The notes below the pieces were generated by a model. That model was not told the origin of the DNA. It saw only the letters and a program-made list of their open reading frames with translations, and searched no databases. From Octopus sinensis (lineage: Eukaryota): 64,000 nucleotides of DNA. Position 1 is the first letter of the stretch; every line of letters begins with the position of its first letter. The DNA is taken from positions 88,784,001-88,848,000 of the forward strand of contig NC_042998.1 in NCBI RefSeq assembly GCF_006345805.1, read 5' to 3'. Made by a program: the position numbers and the translations under genes. Of the stretch, positions 12,151 through 25,404 are shown piece after piece.

Positions 12151-15100
12151 TTCTTTTTTTTAATGAAATCTACAATTAATCTGTGATGTGTTATTATTTG
12201 GCTCCAAGTCATTCCTGACTGAATCAATCTTTGATCAAAAGTTTCCAGCAATGATCCTTCTGTCTTATATTCATACTTAGTGTATCTTGAACTGTACTAT
12301 CTAATGCACCTGGTACAATAAAATTGTAGGAGTTGAGGCTGCTATTTATATAAAGTCATGCAACTAAATAGAACTTCCATTGGTTTGATTTTTTGACTTG
12401 CAATAATTTTTTTCTCTTTACTTGCTGGATTTGTAAGTAAGGGTGGTGCTCATGGTCTTCACAGGTTCTCTGAGGACAGTAGAATTAATGTCATTAATGT
12501 TCCTCTTAAACCTTTATAAGTCAAGTTACTCTGACACCAAAGCAATGTGTACATGTATAAGAAAGTATAGAGGTTGGACCTGTTGGGCCTCAGACCTTTC
12601 TTAAAAAGTTTTCAAATTTAATGTATTTGTGGGTCATTGAGCATTGGGATGTGGTGGGGATACAGTTGGGCTCATTTCTATATGTAAGATCTGTGATATA
12701 CATATGGCAATGGGTAAATGTAAAATAATCAAATGTCAAGCATTACTAAAAGAAGTTGCTGAACCCTCTCACAAACCTTTGAGGCAGTTGATGCTTTGAA
12801 ATACTACTAAAGCCCAAGGCCTGAAATCTGTAGAGAAGAAGCTAGTTAGTTACTTTGACCCCAATGTTCAACTGATACTCATTTTATAAATCTCGAAAAG
12901 CTGAAAGGCAAAGTCAAGCTTGGTGAATTTCAACTCAGAATGTGAGACAAGAAATGCCATTAAGAATTTTGTCCTGCACAGTTATGATTCTACCAGCTTG
13001 CTATCTAAAATACTATGTAAATAATAACATATGTAAATCTGTATGCACAAATAGATTAATAGGTTGATTTTTAATTTACTACACTGGCTACACCTTATCT
13101 CAAAATTACAAATATTTAATTGTTCTTGTTGTCTTTATATGTTGTGTACATAAATGATGTTTCCACTCTTCATTTTCTTATTGTTAAACTTCACAGACAC
13201 ACTTCACCTGTCTCTATTATTGCTCAGTGCAGGGTAGGCTTTGCTGACTATATTGGATGTTATATGTTTTGGAGATTTTGTATTGCACTCGACTTTGTCA
13301 TTTATCCTTTCTATAGATAAATTTCATGGATATAAGCAATTTCTCTACCAAAATTAGCTTATCCTTAGTTTTCCTTTAACTATTGAAGGAGATGAAATTT
13401 TGTAGATTAAAAAAAAAAACAAAAAACAAATGTTAATGTCTAAAGAACTATCCTTACAAACTGCTTTCAGTTCCTAGTTGTCGCCATTTCAGTTATAACA
13501 ATGAATGTTATATCTCATTTCCTTACCAGTGTTTCAGGTTTTATGTTGTATAAGAAGCCAATACTTTAAGGAGGTACTTCCTTGGTGAAAGTCAGTAATA
13601 AAGTGACAGGGCTAGTTTTCTAAGAGTTAAGACATCTAAACCTTTTTATTCATTTGTATGTATGCTTTCCTGTTTTTTTTTTTTTATTCTTTAATTTTAG
13701 TAATTATGAATGACTAAGTTTTCAATTGAAAAATAACAATTTCTTCAGACTTTAGATAATCTCAAGTAATGAGAGCTACCTGCTGAATTACCTAAAATAT
13801 CTTACATTCATTTTCATGTATTTAATACATATATTTATAGGTGTCTATGTATGTATCTACATGTATGTACATACACATGCTTGAGTAGAATGTAACTCTG
13901 AGAATTTCTACACTGTCTTTGCTGTTTTGCTGAGTGAATGACTACTTTCCTGGAATTATCATTTAGATGCTATTATTTTCTTTGCATTTGGAGGAAACAT
14001 TTCTTTTTATGCCCCAAGAAGGGGTTTCTGTGTTTCACCTGCAAGAAATAAGTCAAATTTCTGTCAAAATCACATTTTACCAACTTCTAGAAAAGTGATG
14101 AACTGGATATAGTAGTTCTAGATACACTAAAATGAAAAGAACAAAGGTGGGGGGGGGGGATATTGTATGAGATGAGATGGTTACAAGTTGAACATCATTG
14201 TAGATCTACCTGATCAGAGCTGACTTTAGGGTAAACAAGCAAGAATAACAATTTCTCCTGTAAGAAAGCAGGTTTCTGTAATTGTACAAGTATTTTGCCT
14301 TTTGTTCCAGTGAAAGGATATGAATTTTATGATGATGTACCACCAACATACTCTATATTTTGTTTAACAGTGTCTGAGATAGTCAATGTGTGTTTAAATG
14401 TCCCCTATTCATGATATACACTTGTAGGCAACATATTGTTTTTAAATACTTTTGAAGCTATTACAGGAACTTTGGTCTCTCAATATTTTTGTAGTTTCAA
14501 GATCTCTTGAAGAAGTAAATGCCATATTACATTGTAATGCCTTTTCCAGATTCCTAGGAGAGCCTGGATATTATTTTTACAGTGCTTGCAATAGCAACAG
14601 ACCTGCTCTATATTTATGAAGCTTCTTTCTGTGTAGCTAAGTGGGCTGATCTTGTATGAGCTAAGTGCTTTGGTTATAAACGCAGCACAACATTGGTAGT
14701 AAGAGATGAATCATTGACTTTTCAGTGGCTAGTTTATCATGCAGTTGAGTGCATGTTTGTATGAATGCAATTATACATATATGAGTAGATGTATATATGT
14801 ACATATATTGTGATATATCCAGCACAAAAGAGAATATGTCTTTTTTAATCCTGTATACATCTTTATTCTGACTTTTGAACTTGATGTTATTGTTGTGCTA
14901 AAGTTATTATAGTGTTACATACATTTTGTATGCTTACATTTGGTGAAGTCTTTGTAAGGTTGTTTTCCTATTCTGCTGAATAAAGCTTCTGAGCATGAAG
15001 GATCTTGTGCCACATTACTTGGATAAATTTAGTACAATATAATACTGAAATTATACAAACACTTTGAGAGTTAAAGTTGGCCAGGTTTAAAGGAAGTCAT

Positions 15101-17677
15101 GCTACCAACTGATTAGGCAGTGGTTCATGTTCAATCTACAGATATGCAATGGGTAAGACAATTATTACTAGTTCAGTTTACTTAGCTGTATATAAGTACC
15201 ATGTGTATGTAGGCAACAGAAAATCCCTTCTGTGGGATTAGCAGAAGTTCAATTTCCTTATGACTCATTACATGATGTTTTAGAAAATTCAAACAAAAAC
15301 ATAGATTCCTGATTAAATCCTTTTTTTTCTCAATATTCTTTACACTATATTGATTCTCCATCCATGTTGATATGATTGATTCTTTCTGAATGGCATACTG
15401 CTCTCTTCTGGAAAATGTAAAAATAAAAAAAAAGTTCTATTTTTGTTTACTTCTTTTCATTTAAGTAATTTGAGTAGAAGTTGTTGATCAGTTCTAACCT
15501 GCAATGGTAATGTTCCAATTTTACCTAATGGTGATATTTTGGAGCAACTACCAACTACCCATGATGAATCTTGTTACTGAAGTGACCCTCTTGTTGAATG
15601 TTCCTACAAGAGTTCTGCTGAACTTTTAATGATGCTGCACACTTCTAAACTGTTCAATAGAATTCTGGTTATCTGGATCTGTAATAATTTGCTTAATGAC
15701 TTACACACTACGATATAAGTCTATGCTAACCTGTTGTTATGGCAACTATAGACCAATTCTGTATACTGGAATGATTGTCAAGAAGATCACTGATCAATCC
15801 ATAAAACTGTTTCCACTTCTCTAACTTTCATTACTGTTCCAGTTCTTGTCATATTCTGCATTTTACTCAGGCATTACAATATTACTACTGCATTAATATT
15901 GTGTCAATACAATTTCCGATTCCTACCCCATCCCATTTCTTCTTCCTCTTAGCTATTATGTTTCTTCTCACTCACTTTCACTCACTCACTTATTCATTTA
16001 CTCATTCATTCATTCAGTCATTCATTCACTGCCTTACCATTTTGTCTGTTTCTTTCCTTTTGAAATCTTACTAAAACTATTTAAACATGCTCATAGTAGA
16101 TTTTTTGTTATACAGAAGCATTTTTCTTAGACTCACATACAATTGTGTGTGTTGTCTTTGTGTGTATGTATTACTTATAAGTATATCTGTCTGTCAAGTA
16201 CAGATGTATATAAACACACACATATGTGTCTGTGTTGTGCATAAATATATATTTAATTAATGATGAGTAGCCAAAAGCACAATTATTCTAATTAGGCTAT
16301 TCACTGCAGGGGTAGTTTGATTTCTATTTTCTGAATATGCTACACTTTCAATGGCTGAGATGATAGGTTGGTTGTGGTGGGGACAGAGTCAGGGCATATC
16401 TCTTCTGATAACCAGTCAACAAACCATGAAACAAATTCATCAAGAATCTCCTTTTTCTTCAAACATCAAAGATATAGCTTGAATGCGTTTACATTTTAAA
16501 AAATTTCCTCCCACAGTTAAAAGCCTCCAAATAATTACACACACACACCATCATAATGTTTTATGTCTGCTCATACTTGTATGATTGTATGAATCTTCTC
16601 CAGCTTAGTGTCATGTCACTTGTCTTTGTCCTTTGCTACTGTCTTTATGAAGTTCATCCTCCTGAGATTAGACTTTCTTTATGCCATTTCTTTCCATGTC
16701 TTCCTCTATCTTTCTTTTGCATATGTTCCTTCCTCTAGGAGTGTTTAGTCTTTCTTATCCAAATGTCATGTATTTTGCATGCCATTGTGTCCTTCCTTTT
16801 TGCAGACTATATCTAATTTGCCTTGTACTCAGTTACCTCTCAATTCATTTGTGTTGTCATTCATGCACAGTAACATCACACATCCAACATAGCATGCCTA
16901 CCTCATTTTTTCCGGCCTTTACACATCCTTTGCATTCAGTGCCTGTTTCATGACTAACTGATATCAAACTTTATGCTCAAGTATTGTACAATGTTCCCTT
17001 TAGCTCAAACACTGAATCCTTTTAGTGCCAATTGAGTTCCCTGATCTTTCTATATTGTTTTCTTGTGGCCGTTTGGCCTTAGAAATACCTTCCTTCATTT
17101 CTAGTTAAGTCATCTAGAATTCATTTCATGGGGGTTTTTACAGCTCACTACTCATATGTATCTCCTACAAACAGAGTCCTTCTCTATCACTCTGCTTGTG
17201 ATTCCACTACACCTCTTGCATAATCATAGTTCAAATCTGGTATATTGTATGGAATTCCTACATACTCCTTTTTTGCATATGAACCATAACCATTTCCCTG
17301 ATGGTAGTAGAATCCTGTCTTCTTTTCTGTTAACTTATCTCCCCCTCTCTCCTCTCTCTGTACACATGCACACTCCAGTTAGATCATGTTAATAATAGTC
17401 ATAAAATTACTCAAGTTGATTTAGTTTATTGTCATTGGCTTAGTTGACTTCTACCCATCACCATCACCACCATTTGATTTGCGAACTGCTTTGGGTACAA
17501 AAGTAATCCTTACTTATGTATACCAAAATATTTCTTTGTAGTAATTGCGCTGACATGATTTTTAAGTGATCTGTAAAGACTGAAAGGCTGAACATTCAGA
17601 ACACAAATTAAACTAGAACATGATATGATTAATAAATGTCAGAAAATATTTTTGGGGATTTCAAACGTTGAACTTAC

Positions 17678-17737
17678 TCTTTCCCACATGTGTTGGTTTA
17701 GATTCACTAAATGTGTAAAAGAAAGATACTTATTCAA
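17678..17737 (-). other. Candidate 60-nt phase-0 exon (LNKYLSFTHLVNLNQHMWER)
   Basis: Acceptor gtcattttgcag and donor |gtaagt. Only one frame is open and the length is a multiple of 3. No homology recognised; it could be UTR or a chance match. Confidence 0.3.
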
Positions 17738-17849
17738 CTGCAAAATGACACTATAAATATTATATAACGAACCTCATTTAACATTTGGCTGTATAAGTAA
17801 ATACATAATTACTTTAAAATTCATACTTTATATAATAGGAGCACTCTGT

Positions 17850-18065
17850 TGGTTACGACGATGAGGGTCCCATCTGATGTGATCAACGGAACAGCCTGCT
17901 CATGAAATTAACATGCAAGTGACTGAGCAATCAACAGACACGCGTACCCCTAATGTAGTTCTCAGGGAGATTCAGCATGACACAGAGTATGACAAGGCCG
18001 ACCCTTTGAAATACAGGTACAACTCATTTTTGCCAGCTGAGTGGACTGGAGCAACATGAGGTATC
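17850..18065 (-). mobile_element. SINE body and tail, 5'-truncated at the Helitron junction
   Basis: The reverse complement has gttgctccagtccactcagctggcaaaaatgagt, similar to the SINE at 49155-49480. Confidence 0.65.
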
Positions 18066-18073
18066 ACTTTAAC

Positions 18074-19200
18074 CTACACCATCCTTGCTGCTGAAAAAGC
18101 TACGTAAAGCTGGCCACAAGTGAAGCATGGCTGTGGCAAGTGCATGCCAACTCTATTGAATGTTTGCCCCTGTGCTTTATAGAGTGTCATAGAATAGGAC
18201 AGATGAACTGGGAACTGGGTCTCATGCAGAACAAATGGAATGTTCGCATTGCTTTGAGTAAGTTTGATTCTTGGAATCAGTACTCTCATGTGAGAATGAA
18301 ATCCACTTATAATTGACACTTCGATGTTATGCTCGTGGAGGTCAAGTACTTCCATGTGAGTTCTGTTGCATAGACTTTGTGTTATAGAGAGGTTTCTAAG
18401 AAGCAAAATAATTGGTCTAAGTTTTAAGTTAAAGTGATGGGGAGGCATTCCAGAAGGTGTAAGAGAGTTTATAAAGTCCATGGGATAATTCTGGGCTTGT
18501 TCTTCATTATCAGAAGTTACTGAGCCGGTGCTTAGATATGTCTTAGTTTCAATGGGCAATCTGCTTAGAATTTCTTCATTTACTGTTAAGTAGTCTGAAT
18601 TTTTAGAGGATAACATCATTCTATTTTTCATTTCTTCTACTGTACAATTGTCAAATATATGATATATGAAAGAATTGTTGTATATGCATGCCTCAGGAAT
18701 ATCAATAGTATCTTCTGCGATATTATCAAGAGAGCTTTGAAGAAATCCCCTTCCAAGTTGTAGTAGCCACCTCAAAATATCTTGCATTTGTTCTCATGTT
18801 TTGTGTAAGTTGCATGTGATGAAAATTATTCCACATAGAGGAGCATTTGAGTCAGACATCAAGAATAGCTGCAGGAGGAGCTCTGGGAACAACTGGAAGA
18901 ACTTGTCTGAAATCCTCCTAGTACAATAATTTCCCCACCAAATATACTATTACTATTCATAATATCTCTTAAACAATTAGCTATAGCTTTCAAAGCATAA
19001 ACTGGTATAATTTTACTCACCTAAGAATGTTTCCTTGATAAGAATTTGGTGGAACATTGCACACACTTGTTTCTCTCAAAGAAACTGGAAGCTTGAATGT
19101 GAAGAGTTTTACCACCTTTCAAGAGTGTTGCAGCAATGCCAGCCCAGAAGCCAAGGGAAATAATTCAAATTTAATCCTGACTTATCTCCCTTAGCGTGAC
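18074..19200 (-). pseudogene. Helitron PIF1-family helicase remnant (RepHel C-terminal half)
   Basis: Motifs appear in order across frameshifts: GIAATLLKGGKT, TFKLP, FGG..VLGG(D)FRQVLPVVP, LTQNMR, TPSGMPPH, RVLIPRI, QFPV..SYSMT..KAQGQT, PCF..GQLYVAFS. The Walker B region is deleted. The supplied ORF 18074-18787 covers only the 3' part. Confidence 0.9.
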
Positions 19201-19864
19201 AAACACTGACGGTACAAGCCTATCAATATATAGATAATTTATATGTATGTGTATATGTGCATATATATAAATCTCAGTTTGGATTACCAGCTATGAATAT
19301 TTGATTATTTCTGCTATCAGGTTCATTGAATGAGCATTTAAGTAGATGTGTATTTCATGAACAAACGTACTCTTCATGTAAAAATACTCAACGGAAATCA
19401 GTATGATTCAGTGTATTTAGGAATTTTACTCATAAAGTATGAATCAACCAGTAGTATCCTAAGAAAATGACACTTGTTAATAATGCCATTCTGTAGAATG
19501 GAACTAGAACCTTGAGCATGCAAAGTAAACCTATTGGTTTCACTGTGCCTACACACACATGCATGTATGCACATGTGCACCTGCATGTGAACAAAGGAGA
19601 AGAGTGACAGATATGACAGGTTATCAGACTAGATGTTTTGCAATATTGTATATTTGTAAAGACTTCGCCAGAGGTGGGAAGACATTTATTGTGAAGCCTT
19701 TTCTGGGCCTCAGTTACTGGGAGTAGGGAAAAGAACACTCTTGACTCATACACATGTAACTGGATGGATTAAAGAAGCATTTTGTTTAGTATTTTTGTGC
19801 ATTGTTGTTGAATGGTTGCCCTCAATTTATTCACTATTGTTGGTTTTGGACTCAAAATCTTATC

Positions 19865-20767
19865 TTTTAATTATTCCCATTGTGAAAAAAAAGGGTGGGG
19901 TGGGGGGGCAGTAGTTTGAGCTAGTGAATGAAAAGGGTATTCTACTGAACCTTTTTGTTCAGTCCACTTGTTTTGCAAAATCTCATCAAGGCTGGCTTTT
20001 ACATTACTATGATAGGATGGGGTGCCCCTTTCCAGCTGGAAATAAAACTCCACATCTTCAAAGTCCTCTTGAATGCTGGCATGTCAGATTGTTGTAGCAA
20101 GTTTGAGTAAATGGGACTTGTTACAGCACCATGAAAAGAGAATGAGCTAATTAATGCGTTGATACTAAGTAACATCATACTGTAACTCCTGATGAATTAA
20201 CATGATGTAATGCCATAAAATATGAATTCTCAGGCCCCTAGTTGTGGAATTACATTTGAGCCATTTCCTTTAAATTTATGGTTATCATTCCAAACACTTT
20301 TTGTAGGAAAGTGTACATTTTCTATATGTCATGCCAAGTACTACTTGCAAAACTCCAATCTACAGTCTGGATCATTTTCGTTGAGAGCCTGGACTATTCT
20401 TGGAGCATAACTTTTCCAAAAGCAGTACTTTAAAATGCGATGGATGCTTGATTTTGAAATTACTGTCTCATGGCTTGCTTGTTGCACAGATTTTCTTCAA
20501 CTCTGGCAATATGTTTCTAGTAGCTTTTCTTGCTTTGTATGGCTCATCAATGTCCACTGTCTTCAGAAACATTCTTTGTGGACTTTCTGAACAAATCCCT
20601 CTCCTTCAAGCTTATCTGTCATTTGAGTAAGTTCAGCTTTTGAAATCCTATGGATGGATTTATTTAAAATTCCCCCTTAAGCTGTCTTTGCACTTTGAGT
20701 TTTCAAACTACCAGTAGCACTTTAGGAAATTTTTTCTTTGTTCAAAGCTTAGTCTGTCTCCCTTCAT
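19865..20767 (-). pseudogene. Decayed Tc1/mariner transposase of DD41D (rosa/Visitor)-like type
   Basis: Start MKGDRLSFEQRKNFLKCYW; middle ISKSSIHRILK, RIVQALNENDPDCRLEFCK and WNDNHKFKGNG (cf. WSDEATFKLNG); end FYFQLERGTPSYH...NKWTEQKGSVEYP (cf. FQQDGAPPHY...RWIGRRG.VE.PPRSPDLTPLD). Catalytic residues are decayed and TIRs were not found. Confidence 0.75.
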
Positions 20768-20954
20768 TATTTCTAATGGGTTAAATCTAAAAAGAAATGG
20801 AAATCAAGTGAATTATCAGCTGTTAAAGTATGGATGCATTTTGTGGGGAAAGTCTGTGTATGTACACACATGAATGTATGTATGTATGTAGGTTTGTTGA
20901 ACTGGGTATGTGCATTGACAGTTCAACCAGCCAACATACATGTGTGTATATATA

Positions 20955-22230
20955 CAGGGGTTGGACAAAATAATAGAAATACTTCAAAATTTCAAACAAA
21001 TTTATTTTAATATGAGGTAGAACCGCCTTTGGCAGTAATTACAGCCCAGTTTCTACAAGGTATAGACTCGTACAAAGTTTGAATTGTTTCCAAGGGAATT
21101 TTTGTCCACTCTTCAGCTAAAACAGTCTCCAGTTCGTGTAGTGATGATGGTGGAGGATATCGACTCCTTACTTATTTTTCTAAAATGTACCATAAATGTT
21201 CAATGATATTGAGATCTGGGGACTGTGGTGGCCAGATAAGATGTTTAGCTTCATTAGAATGTTCCTCGTGCCATTCAGTTACAACTTTCGCTGTGTGAAT
21301 TGATGCGTTATCATCCTGAAAGATTGTGTTTCCCTCCAGAAACAGTTCCACAACCATAGAGGGAATATCATCAGATAAAATGCTTAAATTGTCTTGACTA
21401 TTAATTCTGCCATGAGGGAAACCATTTGGTTTGCAGATTTCCAAGATATAGCCCCCCCTCCCCCCGATCATTACAGATCCTCCATGTTTAACAGTTGGAA
21501 GAAAGCAGTCTGGGTCAAATGCTTCTTTTGGCTGTCTCCACATGTATACTCTGTCGGTGGTCGGAAATAAGGTAAAGGGTGACTCATCTGAGAAAATAAC
21601 ATTCTTCCACTGCTCTAGGGACCAATTCTGTAGGTTTTTACTCCACTCTAAATGCTTTGCAATGCTTGTTTTTGAAAGTAGTGGTTTTCTGATTGCAGCC
21701 CTCCTGTGAAATCTGGCTTTGTGCAGCTTCCAGTGAACAGTTTTTGTGGAAACTGGGTTCTCAAAGTGATCATTAAGTTCTGCAGTAATTTTGGGAGTTG
21801 TACTTTTGTGATCCTTTCTAACAATTCGCGAAAGAGGCCGATGGTCCCTATCTGAAAGTTTGGGTTTTCTTCGGGAGTTTTGTTTCGATGAGGAGGTTTT
21901 TCCCTCTTTCTCAAATGCTCTCATTACTTTCGAGACAGTACTTCTTGATACACCAAACATTTCGGCTGTTTTCATTACACTAGCACCTGCCATTTGAGCA
22001 CCAACCATTTGACCTCTTTGAAAGTTCAATAAATCTGTCATGTTAATGAATTTTAATTACCTTTTTCTGGTGATATCTTAAAAGAAACAGCAGTTTTAGC
22101 AAAACATATTAAGCAACATTAATAATAAATCAAAAAACATAAAAATAAAGAAGCTTTTGACAGTTTTATTGATATTTCAAAATTATGATGCTATGATGCT
22201 AGGTGTTTCCATTATTTTGTCCAGCCCCTG
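20955..22230 (-). mobile_element. Tc1-type DNA transposon with DD36E spacing (Incomer-like), 1276 bp
   Basis: 28-bp TIRs CAGGGGYTGGACAAAATAATRGAAAYAC (3 mismatches), TA on both sides. Transposase 22041 to 21007 has FSDES, FQDDN and SPDLNIIE, with 36 residues between the second D and E. One premature TAA at 21172-21174, after which the frame continues to a natural-looking stop. Confidence 0.95.
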
Positions 22231-22351
<121 letters not shown>

Positions 22352-22609
22352 ATTTGATGAGCTTCTTTTAGTTTCTGTCTACTGAAACTTCTCACAAAGC
22401 TTTGATTGGCCCAAAGTAGAAGATCTTTGCTTAAGGTACCATACATGGGAACTGAAACCCAAAGCCATGTTGTTGGGAAATAAACTTCCTAACCACATGG
22501 TTATGCCTGCATTTAATCAAATATATATATGTGTGTGTTTATGTGTGTTCACACATATATAATATCAAATCACTACTGTCATCACCTCTTAAGATGGAAT
22601 GATAATATA

Positions 22610-23898
22610 CGAGGGACGTTCAATAAGTAATGCCTCTGACCCACTTGCAGTTGTTTGATCTAGCTGAAATTTTGCATGTGCAATCATTTATATCTCTATA
22701 GAGTAAGTGGCAAATTACAGCTCTGAATTAATCGTGGTTTCTGATTTACAGGTGTTTGAACCGAGTCAAGTGTGAAATGGAGCCTGTTGAGTGTCGAGCA
22801 GTGATCCGGTTTTTGTATTTGAAAGGACGCACACCACGGGAGACTTTTGATGAAATGAAAGTAACTTATGGTGATGATGCCCCATCATATGACCTTGTAA
22901 AATGCTGGCATCGTGAATTCAAACATGGTCGGAACTCTGTGGAAACAGCTCCCAGATCTGGTCGCCCCTTCTGCCATTGATGAGGCATCTGTCCGTCAAG
23001 TTGAGGCTGCCATTTTGGAAGTTCGACGCATAACTATTCGCCAAATAGCCCATGAGGTCAAGATTAGTACCGGGTCTGTGGAAACTATCATTCATGACCA
23101 TTTGCATATGCAAAAGGTGTCTGCCAGATGGATTCCCAGGTTGCTCACATCTTTCCAGAAGCAAGAACGCGTCGAGTGCTCGAGGGTGAATTTGGAGATG
23201 TGCCAAGAAGATGAGTCAAAATTTTTCAAAAGACTGATTACACAGGATGAAACCTGGGTCCATCACGATGATCCAGAGACCAAAGCCCAGTCAATGCAGT
23301 GGAAGCACCGTGACTCACCCCCTCCAAAGAAGGCAAGGGTGCAGCCCTCCGCTGGCAAGGTCATGCTCACAGTCTTCTGGGACCAGGACGGAGTAGTGAT
23401 GACAGATTTCTTGGCAAAGGGTACCACAATTGCAGGAGCCTATTATGCTTCACTTTCAAGGAAATTAAGAGAAGTTATCAAAATCAAGAGGCGGGGCAAG
23501 ATCAGCAAAGGCATCCTCCTCCTGCAGGACAACGCTCCGGTCCACAACCTGCTTGTCGCCAGATCAGAAGCACAGGCGTATGGCTATGAACTCCTCCCCC
23601 ATCCCCCTACTTTCCTGACCTTGCACCCTCTGATTTTCACCTCTTCCCAGTCATGAAGTTGTTTTTGAAAGGAAAGCGTTTCCCAGATGATGCAGCCTTG
23701 ATTTCTGAAGTCACGTTGATGTTGGAGGACCAAGCTGGGGTCTTCTACAAAAACGGTCTCCAGAGCTGCATCAAACAATGGGAGAAATGCGTAACTCTGG
23801 ATGGTTCCTATGCAGAAAAGACTAATAACTGTGCCAAGTTTCGTTGCTCTACTGCTATGGGAAGTGGGTCAGGGGCATTACTTATTGAACGCCCCTCG
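22610..23898 (+). mobile_element. mariner (DD34D) transposon, 1289 bp, full length but frameshifted
   Basis: 37-bp TIRs (CGAGGGRCGTTCAATAAGTAATGCCYCTGACCCACTT, 2 mismatches) and TA TSDs (22608-9, 23899-900). Transposase from ATG 22777 has WIPRLL, ITQDETW, QDNAP and PY.PDLAPSD (34-residue spacing once a 1-nt deletion is restored). Frameshifts near 22970, 23610 and 23820. Confidence 0.96.
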
Positions 23899-24179
23899 TA
23901 CATGCTGAGACACAAATACACACCTTTTTAGGTAGATTAATTGAACTGCTGAAAGATGTGAGAGAGAAAGATAGTAGTTATATGTTTAATTGGTTTCCCC
24001 TCGTTTAAAGATTCAAATTTAGTCTAGTTTATTGTATTGTTAATTAGTGGTATATTTCAACTGAGTTTGAAGAGATACACTGCTAATTACTTCCTGTATA
24101 ATTTAATTTTTTAGATCATGCTGAATCTTTGGCTGAATCTTGGTGATTTTTATAAAATACCTCTGTGCAGCCAATTAAT

Positions 24180-24700
24180 GTGTTTATAGAATTCAGTTCT
24201 CTCATGGGGTGGTTGATGTCTATGCTTGGTCTCTGTTGTTAACCAAATGCATCACAAATCATCCCCAACTAAAACCACTTGAAGGTATCAAACTCTATGC
24301 TGAAGCTCACTTCTCAGTTTTAACCTTATTGTTCTGCTAATAGTTGTGGATTGTATCGCATGGCAATCCTTCCCTCCATAGAACTCATGACTTGGAATGT
24401 TGAGTGATATTCACTGATGACCATGCCTGCATCTCAATCTTCATCTTGGATCATTTGTAACACCATGCCTATCACATTCTTACAAACTTACTTACCCATC
24501 CACCATTTCTATTTCTCTGTTGCTGTTCTCTATCTTATATTCTCTTTTTGCCTTAAGGATATGCCTTTACTCCCCCACTCTCTCTCTCTTTTCAGCTGAG
24601 TATCTTCTCTTCAGCAAGACACCTGTTTTTGTCTCTCTATCGCACTTTCACCTCCCTCAGATCTGTACCGTCACTCATTTGAAGAAGTCCTGTCTTGTGC
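24180..24700 (-). mobile_element. Possible very decayed RTE endonuclease-region remnant
   Basis: Minus-strand aaatggtggatggg...gtaagaatgtgatagg loosely resembles the RTE EKWVDKV...RVCDR segment. Weak. Confidence 0.3.
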
Positions 24701-24729
24701 TTTACTTGGTAACTACCACAAGTAAAGCA

Positions 24730-24880
24730 TCAAGAACACTTTGTAAAGTGGTTGATATTAGAAAGGGCAACCAACTTACATACAAAGAGAACATTGGTGC
24801 TGGTTTGTCAGTTCCTGTCAAACCACCCAGTTCATGCCAGCATAGAAAATGGAAGTTAAATTATGAGGATGATGATGCTA
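24730..24880 (+). mobile_element. RTE-type 3' tail fragment
   Basis: ttagaaagggcaacc...catgccagcatagaaaatgga, then a (GAT)n tail. Confidence 0.55.
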
Positions 24881-25404
24881 TGTGTGTAAGTGCAACACAA
24901 TTTAATTGTAGTGAAATTATGTGGAATCCTGGAGTCTTAGCTGGCCATTTTATAGTTAATCTGTTCCTTCAGGCATTCACACACTTTTCAATTTAAATTA
25001 TGAAAGAGTGGACATAAAAGAAAATTTGTAAATTTGAATGAAATAGCCTGAATAGTATATTCTAGAGAACAATGTTTAAACTTTAAGTTTGGATTTCAAG
25101 ATTTGATGCTGATCATTAACTTAAAGAGACAATAGTGATTTGCAGTCTTGTTACATTCCTGATGAAAGTACTTAATTTTGATTAGTTCAGCTCATGTAGC
25201 ACTGAGTATTTAGCATAAAGCGGTATGATGAAGGTATATCACCTAATTGGTTAGGGTGTTCAGCTTACAATCATAAAGTTGTGAAGTCACTTCATGGACT
25301 GAGCAGTGCATTGTGCCATTGCACCTTCCAGTCATTACATCCAGCATGTCTTACTGGGTCAAAGATGAGGGCACCTAGTGTATGTTTATATCACATTGTG
25401 TTTA

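Noticed and set aside
14582-14652. Plus-strand exon-like stretch (LAIATDLLYIYEASFCVAKWADL)
   Set aside because: Modest splice sites, no recognisable homology, and no consistent partner exons.
15200-15960. Possible second CR1-like RT remnant
   Set aside because: Too decayed to recover any intact motif.
19015-19021. Consensus minus-strand donor TAG|GTGAGT inside the Helitron, suggesting an intron or exonisation
   Set aside because: It lies beside a short deletion of the Walker B region, helicase homology resumes 23 nt later, and there is no convincing acceptor; likely coincidental.
19430-19494. Minus-strand acceptor followed by MALLTSVIFLGYYWLIHTL*
   Set aside because: Short and stops immediately; its phase is incompatible with the next candidate exon.
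22913-23656. SETMAR-like domesticated gene
   Set aside because: It is enclosed by intact TIRs and TA TSDs, is frameshifted, and has no SET domain; an ordinary mariner copy.
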